Shown here: positions 1 through 11,018 of the stretch, piece by piece
Numbering within the stretch: position 1 is the stretch's first letter
Layout: each line of letters begins with the position of its first letter
Notes under the pieces: model-generated
Database searches by the model: none
The model's input: only the letters and a program-made list of their open reading frames with translations
Told to the model about the DNA's origin: nothing
Translations under genes and position numbers: made by a program
From: Blastocatellia bacterium
GTDB taxonomy: Bacteria > Acidobacteriota > Blastocatellia > UBA7656
Length of the DNA stretch: 64,000 nucleotides
Direction: 5' to 3'
Assembly (NCBI GenBank): GCA_045807765.1
Contig: JBJMGU010000220.1
Location: forward strand, 12,796-76,795

Positions 1-534
1 CTTGACGGCGGCGTGGCGCTTACGGATGCGGCGGCAGTCGCCCGCATCGCCCGCGATGCCGACATCCGGCTCGAAGGCGACCCGGATCACTTACGAGTTT
101 TTCTCGATGGCCGCGAAGTGACCGAGGCCATCCGCCTGCCCGACGCCAGCCGCGCCTCTTCGATTGTCGCGACCATCCCCAAAGTGCGAGAGGCGGTCGT
201 CCATAAGCTGCGCGAGATGAGCCGGGCCGGCGGCGTCGTGATGGACGGACGCGACATCGGCACCAAAGTCTTCCCCAGCGCGCAGGTCAAACTCTTTCTT
301 GAAGCATCGCCCGATGTGCGCGCCGCTCGCCGCTTTCTCGAAGAGCGCGAGCGCGGACGCCAGGTGACTATCGAACAGATCAACGCCGAGCTTGCCGAGC
401 GTGACCGCCGCGACCGCGAGCGCGAGGCGACGCCGCTCGTCAAAGCACCTGATGCCATCCTCATTGATACCACTTGTATGCCCCTCGACCGCGTCATCGA
501 GCGCGTCCTTGAAATCATTCAAGCGCGCAGCTAA
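1..534 (+). CDS. cmk: cytidylate kinase, C-terminal ~174 aa (5' end outside window)
   Basis: The ORF reads through the window start in frame 1. Translation contains the Cmk-type segment VVMDGRDIGTKVFPSA...KLFLEASPDVRAARR. Stop at 534. Confidence 0.75.
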   Translation, partial: LDGGVALTDAAAVARIARDADIRLEGDPDHLRVFLDGREVTEAIRLPDASRASSIVATIPKVREAVVHKLREMSRAGGVVMDGRDIGTKVFPSAQVKLFLEASPDVRAARRFLEERERGRQVTIEQINAELAERDRRDREREATPLVKAPDAILIDTTCMPLDRVIERVLEIIQARS

Positions 535-702
535 ACTTCATTGTCGTCATCGTCGGAATGCTTAAAAGTAATTCTTCTCGAATTGGGAACGATGAGAGCT
601 TGAATTCGACGCTCGCCAGCACTTCGCCGCAATTGTCACGCCCGCCACTCGCCGCCGTGCGAGAGGAATTTTTTCGGGCGCGTCTCACATTCAAAGACTA
701 GA

Positions 703-1359
703 ATGGGCATCTTCACTGGATTAATTATGGAAGTGGGCCACGTGCGCCGCGTCGAGCGCCGCGCCGATGGCGCCTACATGGTCTTTGTGGCGCGCAAGGT
801 TTTAGAAGGCACGCGCATCGGCGACTCAATTGCCATTGACGGCGTTGACCTGACGGTCACCGAGATGGGCACGGATTACTTCACCGCCGACGCCTCACTT
901 GAAACCTTGCGGCGCACGACGCTTAATGAGTTGCGCGTCGGCAGCCGTGTTAATCTTGAGCGCGCTCTCGGCGTCGGCGAACGGCTGGGCGGCCACATGG
1001 TGCAGGGTCACGTCGACGGCACAGGCCAGTTGATTTCAACGACGCGGGAAGGCAACGCCTATCGCGTGCGCTTTCGCTTCCCACGCGAGCTGGGCCGCTA
1101 TATCGCGATGAAAGGCTCGATCTGCGTAGACGGCATCAGCCTGACGGTCGCTGCGCTCGGCGACGATTGGTTTGAAGTCGCGGTTATTCCGCACACCTGG
1201 CGCGAGACGACGCTTGCCGACCGCCGCAGCAGTGACCGCGTCAACCTCGAAGTGGACGTGCTGGCCAAGTACGTCGAGCGCTTGCTTGAGCAGACCGGTC
1301 GCGCCGCCGTCGCGCCAGGGAAACTAACGCTGGAACATCTGAAAGAACAAGGATACTGA
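703..1359 (+). CDS. ribE: riboflavin synthase alpha subunit
   Basis: 218 aa with the two-fold internal repeat typical of riboflavin synthase: [13 protein letters not shown] / second-half [10 protein letters not shown]. It is immediately followed by ribBA. Confidence 0.8.
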   Translation: MGIFTGLIMEVGHVRRVERRADGAYMVFVARKVLEGTRIGDSIAIDGVDLTVTEMGTDYFTADASLETLRRTTLNELRVGSRVNLERALGVGERLGGHMVQGHVDGTGQLISTTREGNAYRVRFRFPRELGRYIAMKGSICVDGISLTVAALGDDWFEVAVIPHTWRETTLADRRSSDRVNLEVDVLAKYVERLLEQTGRAAVAPGKLTLEHLKEQGY

Positions 1360-1385
1360 GATTGTCAATGGTCAGAGGACGCTTT

Positions 1386-2695
<1,310 letters not shown>

Positions 2696-2707
2696 TTGTT
2701 CATCATT

Positions 2708-5700
2708 ATGCGGAGAAAGTTACTCATCGCCGCGCTCGCCTTACTCGGGGTCATACTTCTTTTATTCATTGCCGTCGTCTTCTACATTCGCAGCGGGCGG
2801 CTCGATCTCTACCTGCAATCACAGGTGATTGATGCGTTGAGCGACTTCGGCATACGCGCCGAAATCGGCAGCACCCACCTCGACCTTCGCGGCTACAAAG
2901 TGACGCTCGACGACGTGAAGCTCTATGCCGGCGATGCCCGCGAGCCGTTTGGCAAGCTCAAGCAGATGACCGCCGACTTCTCGGTGATCTCTTACCTGCG
3001 CCGCGAGATCAACATCACGCACGTCACCGTCAATCAGCCGGAAGTCTGGATGAGCGTGGACGCGCAGGGACGCTCTAACCTCGACAAGCTGCATGCGCCG
3101 CCCAGCAGCGAGGAAGAAAAGAAGAGTAGCGTCACCTTTCTGACCGCGTTGTTTGAAGTCAACAATGCGGCCTTCCACTACGACGACTTGCAGCGCAACA
3201 TTCACGCCGTCTTGCCCTTTGATCCCAGCAAAGACATGGCGGGGCTGACTTTGAAGCTGACGCCGCGCGAGCCGCGCGCCCTCGTGGACAAGATCAATCA
3301 CGACCTCGCGCTCAACTTTGACAAAGCGCAGATTATCCGCGACGGTCAGACGATCAACAACATTCAAGCCTCTGCCAGCGCCGTCGTTCACTACGATGAG
3401 AAGAACCGCGCCGAGCAGCGCATCGATGATCTGAGTTTCAAGTTCGGCTCCGATGTCGGCAGCATCAATGTCAGCGGCAACGTCGAAAGCTTCGCGCCGC
3501 TCAAGTACAACCTGCCGCAAGTCGAAGCGTCGGCGGCGCTTGAGCAGATCGCTAAAGTGTTCACGCCTGAAACGCGAATGAAAGGCGCGGTCGGCTTCAA
3601 AGGCGCGGCCAGCGGCGTGGATGCCGAGTACACGGCGAAAGGCTTGCTAACCTCGGACGCGCTGACCGCCGGCAACGTCACGGTCGCCGGCCTTCAGGTC
3701 AACGCCAACCTCAGCGGTAAAGGCGCGGATTATCACGCGACCGGCGAAGTCACATCATCGGCGCTCACCGCCGAAGGCTTTCGCGTCAGCGGCCTGCGCA
3801 TCAAGACTAACGTCGAAGGCAGCGGCGACGAGTACAACGCGACAGGGGCGCTTTCGACCGGGCAGGCAGCGGGCCGCGGTGTCGAAATCAGCTCGGTGCG
3901 CGTCGACGACGCTCGTGTCAAAGGCGAGGGCGACCGTTTTAATGTGAGTGCCGCGCTCAACGTGCCGGCGCTCAAGAGCGAGCGCATCAGCGTCAGCGGC
4001 CTCAGCGGGCGGCTGACGGCAGACCGCAGCAAAGTCAGTCTCGAATCGTTCGCTGCCGCGACGCTCGGCGGCACGGTCGCCGGCAGCGCGACCATCGCTT
4101 ATGGCGGCGGCGCATCGTCGGTTGACGTGCAATTCCGCTCACTCGATTTAGATCAAGCGGCGACGGCGGCGGCGGCTCGACAGGTGCAGGTGCGCGGCAC
4201 CGCAAACGGCACGGCGCGGTTGCAGTTCCCCGGCCTGGATTATCAAGCGGCGACCGGGCGCATCGATGCGACTTTTGACGCGGCGGTGTCGCCGGCAGAA
4301 TCATCCACTGAACCGCTGCCGGCCAAAGGCGAGATTGCGCTGGTCGCCAACGGGCGCGGCTTCAACGTCGAGCGCGCCTTCGTGCATTCGGCCAACAGCG
4401 ACCTGACCGTCACCGGCAGCATCGGCTGGAAAGGCGACGCCGATTTTGATGTGAAGTTCGACTCGGCGGATATGGCCGAAGTGCAGCGCGCCGTCGAAGC
4501 CTTTGGCCTCGTCACCGACGAGATGAAGCAGGATTACCCGGTCGCTTTGAACGGGCCGGGCCAGTTCACGGGTCGCGTGTCCGGCTCGCTCGACCATCCC
4601 GAAGTCAGCGGTCATCTCAAGCTCGATTCGATTCAATCCGCCGGCGACACAGTAAGCGACGTGCCGCCGCAAGAGGTCGGCTCGTTCGAAGGTGACATCG
4701 CTTACAGTCCCGCGCTGCTGCGCATAGACAATGCCGCGCTGGTCAGGCCGGACGGCTCGCGCGCCGACTTTTCGTTGACGGCGCGGCTCGACACGCAAGC
4801 GGCCAAAGATAAGAATGGCATCGCCGTCAAAGCCAACGTGCAGAGCTTTGACCTGCCAAGCCTGGTGCGCATGGCGCAGCCGGGGCTGGCCAACCTGATC
4901 GGGCGCGGCACGATCACCGGGACGATTGACCTGAAAGGATTGCCCGGCCCGCGCAGCATCGAAGGCACAGCCAACCTGTCACTCAGCGCCGGCGAATTCA
5001 ACCTACCTTCGACCGAAGAAGGGCAAGATGTAGCCAAAGTCACGGTTCCTGAATTTACTGGCAACATCACTTTCGCCAACAGCGAGCTTGCCGTTCAGAA
5101 CCTGCGCATGCGCATCGGCAACCAGTCAGAGATTCAAGGCGAGGGACGCTTCAACCTCGACACCTACGCTTATTCGCTCAACGCCACGGGCAAGAATATC
5201 GATCTCAGCGATCTCTCGCAAAAGCTTTCTGAGAGCGTGCGGATGACCGGCACCGCCGATGTCACAGTCACCGGTCAAGGCAAGTGGGGCAACACCGAAG
5301 ACTGGTCAGAGCTGAACCTCAACGCGCTGGTTCAAGGCCAGAACGTTACGTTCAACGGGCGCGACCTCGGCAATGCCAGGGTCACGGCAATCACCGAGAA
5401 TGGCTTGTTGAAAGTCGAAGCCACGGCCAACGTCCTCGATAAGCCGCGCACCCTCGCGGCGACCATCGATCTGCGTGACCGCGAAGCGTACCCGGTCAGC
5501 GCCAACATCGAATTCACCGACACAGATATTGGGCCTTACCTCGGACTGGTCGCGCCGGAGTTGAGCGGCATTTCAGGAACCGCTACCGGCACGATCAAAC
5601 TCAGCGGCCCGTTGCGTGATCCCGACAAGATTCAAGCCGTCGCCAACCTGACCAAGCTCGAATTCGGCGGCGCGATCACCGAGCGCCAGCGCTACACGAT

Positions 5701-7147
5701 TGCCAATCAAGGGCCGATCATTGTTACGGCTAGCCCCACAGGCGTTTCGATCAACCGCGTTACGCTGGTCGGCGAAGGCACGAGCATCACCATCGAAGGC
5801 ACGCTGGCGCGCAACGGCGGCGCGCAGTCGCGGCTCAACGTCAACGGCGAAGTCAACCTGCGGCTGCTGTCGTCGTTCACGCAGATCGCCTTTACGACCG
5901 GCATCGCGCGGGTTGACGCGTCGCTGGTCGGGCCGCTCGATTCGCCGCAACTGCTGGGCGTGGCGACGCTGCGCAACATCGGTGTGCGCGTCGTTGACGT
6001 GCCGCTCAGCCTGGCGCGCGGCAACGGCACAATTCGCTTTACCTCGAATCAAGCGGTGATCGAAAACTTCAGCGGCAATGCGCCGGGCGGCGGTACGATT
6101 CAAATCAGCGGCGGCGCGGCGCTCGCGGGACTTGTGCCGGATCGCTGGCGCATTGAAACGACGCTCGATCAGGTCGGCGTCGAGTACCCGCGCGACACGC
6201 AGACAGTGATTGATGCCGAACTGACGCTGCAAGGCAATCGCCGCGTCCAGGTGCTGTCGGGCAATGCCGAGGTGCGCCGCGCTTCTTACACCCGCGACCT
6301 GACGATTGAAGAATTGCTCGGCAGCAACGGCCCCTTATCGCCGACCTTCGTCGAAGTCGGGCCGGGCGGCGGCGGCGAAGGCGTCGGCGGTGGCGGCTTG
6401 CAAACCACGCTTGACCTGCGCATCACCGCAGACAACACGCTGATTATCAAAAACAACATCGCCGACGCGGTCGGCAGCGCCTATTTGAACTTGCGCGGCG
6501 GGTTGGATGCGCCGGTGATCTCGGGGCGCGTGCTGCTGTCGCGCGGCACGATTGAATTCCGGCGCGGGCGCTTCGAGCTATCGCGCGGCATTCTGACTTT
6601 GCCGCCGCGGCGCGGCGCTGATCTCAGCCTCGACTTGCAATCTGAAGCCGACATCAGCGGCTATCACATCACCGTTGGTTTCAACGGCACGCTTTCCAAG
6701 TTGCAGACGACCGTTTCTTCGGACCCGCCGCTGCCAGAGCCGGATATCATCTCGCTGGTGCTGACCGGCAGTGTGTCGGGCCAACGCACAGAAGTCGCAG
6801 CGGTGACGCAGACCGGGTTGGGGCTGGCGCAGTCTCTGTTATCCGCATCACTTTCGGAACAGATCGAGCGCGGCACCCAGCGCCTGTTCGGCACCAGCGG
6901 CAGCCGCTTCTCGATTGACCCGTTGTTGATCGGACGCGGCAGCGACCCGACGGCGCGCGTCACCTTTGGCCAGCGAATTACCAAAGACCTGACCGTGACC
7001 TATTCGCAGAACCTGACTTCGGGACCGTCGGGCATCGAGCGGGTGATCCTGGTCGAGTACCGCTTGAGCAATCGCTTCTCGGTCGTCGGCTACCGCAACG
7101 AGCGCGGCGAGCTGGGATTTGATGTACGCTTACGCAAACGCTTTTAA
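2708..7147 (+). CDS. tamB: TamB-like translocation and assembly module protein (AsmA-like N-terminus, DUF490 C-terminus)
   Basis: 1480 aa with an N-terminal signal-anchor TM (LLIAALALLGVILLLFIAVVFYI). The C-terminal ~150 aa match the TamB/DUF490 end (TFGQRITKDLTVTYSQNL...RVILVEYRLSNRFSVVGYRNERGELGFDVRLR). It is followed by an Omp85 gene. Confidence 0.7.
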   Translation: MRRKLLIAALALLGVILLLFIAVVFYIRSGRLDLYLQSQVIDALSDFGIRAEIGSTHLDLRGYKVTLDDVKLYAGDAREPFGKLKQMTADFSVISYLRREINITHVTVNQPEVWMSVDAQGRSNLDKLHAPPSSEEEKKSSVTFLTALFEVNNAAFHYDDLQRNIHAVLPFDPSKDMAGLTLKLTPREPRALVDKINHDLALNFDKAQIIRDGQTINNIQASASAVVHYDEKNRAEQRIDDLSFKFGSDVGSINVSGNVESFAPLKYNLPQVEASAALEQIAKVFTPETRMKGAVGFKGAASGVDAEYTAKGLLTSDALTAGNVTVAGLQVNANLSGKGADYHATGEVTSSALTAEGFRVSGLRIKTNVEGSGDEYNATGALSTGQAAGRGVEISSVRVDDARVKGEGDRFNVSAALNVPALKSERISVSGLSGRLTADRSKVSLESFAAATLGGTVAGSATIAYGGGASSVDVQFRSLDLDQAATAAAARQVQVRGTANGTARLQFPGLDYQAATGRIDATFDAAVSPAESSTEPLPAKGEIALVANGRGFNVERAFVHSANSDLTVTGSIGWKGDADFDVKFDSADMAEVQRAVEAFGLVTDEMKQDYPVALNGPGQFTGRVSGSLDHPEVSGHLKLDSIQSAGDTVSDVPPQEVGSFEGDIAYSPALLRIDNAALVRPDGSRADFSLTARLDTQAAKDKNGIAVKANVQSFDLPSLVRMAQPGLANLIGRGTITGTIDLKGLPGPRSIEGTANLSLSAGEFNLPSTEEGQDVAKVTVPEFTGNITFANSELAVQNLRMRIGNQSEIQGEGRFNLDTYAYSLNATGKNIDLSDLSQKLSESVRMTGTADVTVTGQGKWGNTEDWSELNLNALVQGQNVTFNGRDLGNARVTAITENGLLKVEATANVLDKPRTLAATIDLRDREAYPVSANIEFTDTDIGPYLGLVAPELSGISGTATGTIKLSGPLRDPDKIQAVANLTKLEFGGAITERQRYTIANQGPIIVTASPTGVSINRVTLVGEGTSITIEGTLARNGGAQSRLNVNGEVNLRLLSSFTQIAFTTGIARVDASLVGPLDSPQLLGVATLRNIGVRVVDVPLSLARGNGTIRFTSNQAVIENFSGNAPGGGTIQISGGAALAGLVPDRWRIETTLDQVGVEYPRDTQTVIDAELTLQGNRRVQVLSGNAEVRRASYTRDLTIEELLGSNGPLSPTFVEVGPGGGGEGVGGGGLQTTLDLRITADNTLIIKNNIADAVGSAYLNLRGGLDAPVISGRVLLSRGTIEFRRGRFELSRGILTLPPRRGADLSLDLQSEADISGYHITVGFNGTLSKLQTTVSSDPPLPEPDIISLVLTGSVSGQRTEVAAVTQTGLGLAQSLLSASLSEQIERGTQRLFGTSGSRFSIDPLLIGRGSDPTARVTFGQRITKDLTVTYSQNLTSGPSGIERVILVEYRLSNRFSVVGYRNERGELGFDVRLRKRF

Positions 7148-7170
7148 TGAATCAGCAAGACAAGAGGCGG

Positions 7171-10100
7171 ATGGGAAGACGAGGAGTAAAAGGCGATGCG
7201 GAGACGCGGCGACACGGCGACGCGGCGATGGATGAAATTATTCAACCGCCATCTTCGCTGAACTTTTTTCGGTTCTCCGCGTCTCCGCATCTCGGCGTCT
7301 CGGCGTCGGTGTTTCTCTGTTGCCTGTTGTTGTCGCTCTGCGCGCAGGCGCAGACGGTGGAATTTCTCGGGCGGCAAGTGACCGGCGTGACCATCGAGAT
7401 CGAAGGCGCGCCGGGCAGCACCGTGACCGAGATGCGCTCGCTGATTGATGTCGCGTCGGGACAGGATTATTCGCCGGGGCGCATTCACGATTCGCTGGTG
7501 CGGCTCTTTCGCTCAGGATTGATCGCCAACGCGCGCGTCGAAGCGACGGCAGATGGCGCCAGCGGCGTCGCCCTGCGCTTCTTCGTCCGTCCGCGTGCCC
7601 GCATCGATGCCATCGCCTTCGCGGGCACCCCCAACTTTCCGGCCACCGAATTGCGCGCCCGCCTGAATCAACTCGACCCTGGCCAGTTCGCCTCAAGCGC
7701 GGCGGTGCAACGCGGCCTCGGTGAGTTACAGGCATTCTATTCATCGCGCGGCTACCTCAAGGCGCAGATCACCTCTGACGTGCAGCTCGACCCGACCGGC
7801 ACGCGCGCGACGGTCATCTACACGATCAACCCCGGCGAGCAAGCCAAGGTTTCGAAGTTCGAGATTACGGTCAGAGGCGAGCGCCTCGACTTCAGCAAGC
7901 TGCCGCACACGATTGTTGAAGGCCAGCCGTTTTCGGCTTCAGCCGTGCAGGACGTGATGGATCACCTGCGCGACTTCTACCTCAACCAGGATTATCTTGG
8001 CGCGCGCATTACTCAGAACATTACGTCCGACGTAAACACCAACACGGTGGCGGTCGGCATCAATGTCGTTTCAGGGCCGAAGATCACGGTCAGCGTCGAA
8101 GGGCTGGACATCAGCCGTGATCAGATGCGCAAGACACTGCCCTTCTTCAGACAGGGCGGCGTCGATGACTTCTCGCTTGAAGAAGGCGCGCGCCGCCTGC
8201 GCGAGTATGCGCAGGGCAAAGGTTATTTCTTCGCCAGCGTGACGCGCCCGCAGGCCCCGCGCCGGACGCAGACGGCGGCGACGCTGGTTTATAAGGTGAC
8301 GACGGGCGGGCGTTACAAGCTGACCGACATCGAGATCAATGGGGTTGATGCCATCCCGCATCGCACGCTCGAAGAGCAGATGAAGTCGAAGCTGGCATCT
8401 TCGCTGCCGATTATCGGTAACCACTATGGCCTGACCAGTGACGATTACTTGCGGCAGGACGCCAACCTGATTCAGAAGCGCTTGCGCGAAGTCGGCTACC
8501 GGCGTGCTCACGTAGACGTGCGGCGCGGCGTGTCGCCGACCGGCAACAACCTGATCATCACCTACGACGTGCAGCAGGGACCGCGCACCTATGTCGAAGA
8601 GGTTGCCATTCGCGGCAATACGGTGTTGACCGTTGACGAGCTGCGGCAAGACCTGGAGATCAAGCAGGGCGAGCCGCTGGTGGCCTCGGTCGTCAACACG
8701 GATACGGAGCGCTTGCTTTCGGCCTACACGACGCGCGGCTATGCGTCGGCGGAAGTGGTTTCGGAAGCGGTCGAGCTTGGCACCTTCGAAGGCCAGGATC
8801 GTGTGCGCCTGCTGTTTGCAGTCAACGAAGGCAACCGCGTTCGCATTCAGAGTGTGACGACGCGCGGCACGGCGCACAGCGATACCGGGCGGCTCGAACG
8901 CGACTTCTACCTTTTCAAAGCCGGTGACTGGCTGCGCAACGATCTGCTGCAAGAGACCGAGCAACAGCTTTACGACACCAACGCTTTCAACTCGGTCAAC
9001 ATCACGTCTGAAGCGGTCGGCCAGACTGCCAACAACGTCGAAGAGCGCGCCGTCACCGTCAATCTGTTGGAAGCCAAGCGGCGCGACCTGTTGTTCGGCT
9101 TCGGCTATCAGGCAAACGTCAATACCAAGACGATCCCCGGCCTTGCTTTCCTGCACGGCCTCCGCGGCCTGACGCAGCTCACCTATTACAACCTCTTCGG
9201 CAAGCTCTACACCGGCAGCACGCAGATCCGTGTCGCCGAAAACGAGCTATTCGGACAGATTTCGTTGCAGAACCCGCGCCCGTTCGGCACACGATTCCCG
9301 ACGCTGTTTTCGCTCTTCGCGCGGCGGCTGGGCGAGCGCGACTTTCGCTCTGACCGCTACACGGCGTCGTTGCAGGCCGAGCGCCGCGTGACCCCGAACT
9401 TTATCGTCTTCGCCAGTTACAACTTCGAGCGCATCAGCATCTTTGGCCTGCCCTGTCAGTTGAGCGAAGTCGAGGCGGGCGATTGTCCCGGCCTGTCGCT
9501 GGAAGAGATTCAGCGCAACTCGCGGCCCATCCGCCTGGGGCACATCGGGCCGAGCTTCGCTTATGACACACGGGATAATAAATTTGATCCGACCCAGGGG
9601 ATGCAGACGATTGGCAGTTTTTATTTCGCCGCGAAGGCGCTGGGCGGCAACGAGCAATTCATTAAGCTCAGCCTTGAGCACAATCGTTACTACGCGCTGC
9701 CCCGCTTCCGCGACACGGTCTACTCGCTGTCGGGACGGGTAGGGCTGGCATCGCCGTTCGGTGGCCAAACCACGCTGCCGATCTCTGAGCGGTTCTTCGC
9801 CGGCGGCTCGCGCGACTTGCGCGGCTTCGGGTTTGAAGAAGCCGGGCCAACGATTCTGGTGCCGCAGCGCGACACGGCGGGCAACATCATTCGCAACTCG
9901 GATGGCACGCCGAAGCTGATGTTGAGCCCGCTGGGCGGCAACGCCGTGCTGGTCATCAACAATGAGCTACGCTTTCCGATCTGGCGCGACCTGGGCGGCG
10001 CGGTCTTTTCAGACACCGGCAACGTCTTCCAGCGCGTGCGCGACATGAAGCTGTCGAATATGACACAGACCCTCGGCTTCGGCGTGCGGGTTAAAACGCC

Positions 10101-10200
10101 GGTAGGCCCTGTGCGCTTTGACGTCGGCTTCCTGGTCTTCAACAAGCCGCCGGGCTATGCCAGTTATCATCTCCACTTCACGATTGGACAGACGTTCTAA
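7171..10200 (+). CDS. bamA: Omp85-family outer membrane protein assembly factor BamA (POTRA repeats + C-terminal beta-barrel)
   Basis: About 1010 aa with a signal peptide (..SASVFLCCLLLSLCAQAQ), multiple POTRA-like repeats and a C-terminal barrel ending in terminal Phe (HFTIGQTF). Start is ambiguous between ATG 7171 (after AGAGG) and 7228. The 5' end overlaps tandem-repeat hairpin B. Confidence 0.8.
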   Translation: MGRRGVKGDAETRRHGDAAMDEIIQPPSSLNFFRFSASPHLGVSASVFLCCLLLSLCAQAQTVEFLGRQVTGVTIEIEGAPGSTVTEMRSLIDVASGQDYSPGRIHDSLVRLFRSGLIANARVEATADGASGVALRFFVRPRARIDAIAFAGTPNFPATELRARLNQLDPGQFASSAAVQRGLGELQAFYSSRGYLKAQITSDVQLDPTGTRATVIYTINPGEQAKVSKFEITVRGERLDFSKLPHTIVEGQPFSASAVQDVMDHLRDFYLNQDYLGARITQNITSDVNTNTVAVGINVVSGPKITVSVEGLDISRDQMRKTLPFFRQGGVDDFSLEEGARRLREYAQGKGYFFASVTRPQAPRRTQTAATLVYKVTTGGRYKLTDIEINGVDAIPHRTLEEQMKSKLASSLPIIGNHYGLTSDDYLRQDANLIQKRLREVGYRRAHVDVRRGVSPTGNNLIITYDVQQGPRTYVEEVAIRGNTVLTVDELRQDLEIKQGEPLVASVVNTDTERLLSAYTTRGYASAEVVSEAVELGTFEGQDRVRLLFAVNEGNRVRIQSVTTRGTAHSDTGRLERDFYLFKAGDWLRNDLLQETEQQLYDTNAFNSVNITSEAVGQTANNVEERAVTVNLLEAKRRDLLFGFGYQANVNTKTIPGLAFLHGLRGLTQLTYYNLFGKLYTGSTQIRVAENELFGQISLQNPRPFGTRFPTLFSLFARRLGERDFRSDRYTASLQAERRVTPNFIVFASYNFERISIFGLPCQLSEVEAGDCPGLSLEEIQRNSRPIRLGHIGPSFAYDTRDNKFDPTQGMQTIGSFYFAAKALGGNEQFIKLSLEHNRYYALPRFRDTVYSLSGRVGLASPFGGQTTLPISERFFAGGSRDLRGFGFEEAGPTILVPQRDTAGNIIRNSDGTPKLMLSPLGGNAVLVINNELRFPIWRDLGGAVFSDTGNVFQRVRDMKLSNMTQTLGFGVRVKTPVGPVRFDVGFLVFNKPPGYASYHLHFTIGQTF
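7193..7311. repeat. GACGCGGC-type tandem-repeat hairpin (family copy 1 of 3)
   Basis: Left arm gcgatgcggagacgcggcgacacggcgacgcggcgatgg (7193-7231); right arm tctccgcgtctccgcatctcggcgtctcggcgtcggtg (7274-7311). The arms are made of octamer units GCGGAGAC / GCGGCGAC and their complements GTCTCCGC / GTCGCCGC. It lies 45 nt after the tamB stop and overlaps the bamA start and signal-peptide region. Confidence 0.7.
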
Positions 10201-10213
10201 TGAGAAGGCGAAA

Positions 10214-10341
10214 GACGACACGGAGACGCGGAGACGCGGCGAGGGAGAAAACGATGAAAGGCCGCAACGACAGGAAACCTATAGGCGACAGGCAAGCATC
10301 CCCGATCTCCGCGTCTCCGCGTCGCCGCGTCGCCGCGTCTC
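10214..10341. repeat. GACGCGGC-type tandem-repeat hairpin (family copy 2 of 3)
   Basis: Left arm gacgacacggagacgcggagacgcggcgaggg (10214-10245) and right arm ccccgatctccgcgtctccgcgtcgccgcgtcgccgcgtctc (10300-10341) share their units with the 7193 and 31295 elements. It begins 14 nt after the bamA stop. The 3' end of the left arm contains GGGAG, a likely SD for ATG 10254. Confidence 0.7.
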
Positions 10342-11000
10342 TTTTGATCCTTGCCTTTTGCCTTCCACATTCTGCCGGGGCGACAGCCCCGCAGAATGTG
10401 GTGGATCAGATCATTGCGCTGGTGAATGACGAGATCATCACGCGCAGCGATTTGCTGTGGAGTTTGGCGATGGACCCGCAAGCGCCCAGCCCGGCGGAAG
10501 GGGTTAGCTCTGAGTTGCTGCGCCAGAAGCTCGACGTGATGCTCGATCAACGGTTGATTGCGCAGGAAGCGCGCCGCGTGCCGACCGCCGAGATTACTGC
10601 CGAAGATATCAATCAGCGGCGCGCGGCGCTAGTGAAAGGATTTCGCTCGGAGCAGGCATTCTTACAACGCACAGGGGCGGTCGGCCTGACCGTGGCGCGG
10701 GTTAACGACTTGATCCGCGAGATGCTGTTGATTGAGCGCTTCGTCGACTTTCGCTTTCGCTCGTTCATCTTTGTGACTGAGGCAGAGATTCAGCGCTATT
10801 ACGACGAAACGCTGGCGCCGCGCATCCGCGAGCGCGGCCAGGTGGTGCCGGGGCTCGATGACCGGCTGCCGAATGAAAACATTACCGTGCGCGCTCGCAT
10901 CACCGAAATCATCCGCCAGCAGAAGATCAATCAGGAGATTGACCGCTTCCTCAACGCCACCCGCCAGCGCGCCGACATCACCATTCTCACCGAGCCGTAG
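10254..11000 (+). CDS. SurA N-terminal-domain periplasmic chaperone (no PPIase domains)
   Basis: About 249 aa with a signal peptide (RRRVAASLLILAFCLPHSAGA). The SurA_N-like segment is VVDQIIALVNDEIITRSDLLWS...LDQRLIAQEARR. It is too short to carry parvulin domains. ATG 10254 is preceded by GGGAG; the track ORF starts at 10200. Confidence 0.6.
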   Translation: MKGRNDRKPIGDRQASPISASPRRRVAASLLILAFCLPHSAGATAPQNVVDQIIALVNDEIITRSDLLWSLAMDPQAPSPAEGVSSELLRQKLDVMLDQRLIAQEARRVPTAEITAEDINQRRAALVKGFRSEQAFLQRTGAVGLTVARVNDLIREMLLIERFVDFRFRSFIFVTEAEIQRYYDETLAPRIRERGQVVPGLDDRLPNENITVRARITEIIRQQKINQEIDRFLNATRQRADITILTEP

Positions 11001-11018
11001 CCGGACAAGCCGTGCGCC

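Noticed and set aside
535-702. Possible FMN riboswitch (RFN element) upstream of ribE
   Set aside because: The 168-bp leader lacks the conserved RFN motifs (GGGGTGAAATTCC..., CCGACAGT..AAGTC). It has only a weak 7-bp stem (tcgaatt/aattcga).
5573-6232. Long antisense ORFs inside tamB, bamA, the giant gene, recQ etc. (for example 5573-6232 minus, 8071-9156 minus, 20602-21384 minus, 39198-39965 minus, 47137-47886 minus)
   Set aside because: These are typical high-GC artefacts. They are Arg/Ala/Pro-rich translations with no motifs, and they fully overlap genes with clear homology on the other strand.
7147-7330. ORFs encoding RRHGDAATRG-like peptides across the GACGCGGC repeats (7147 N-terminal extension, 10200 extension, 31119-31337, 30328-31482 extension)
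   Set aside because: The same peptide appears in three unrelated contexts and on both strands purely because the GC-rich octamer repeat is open in several frames. Downstream starts with SD motifs and signal peptides explain the real genes.
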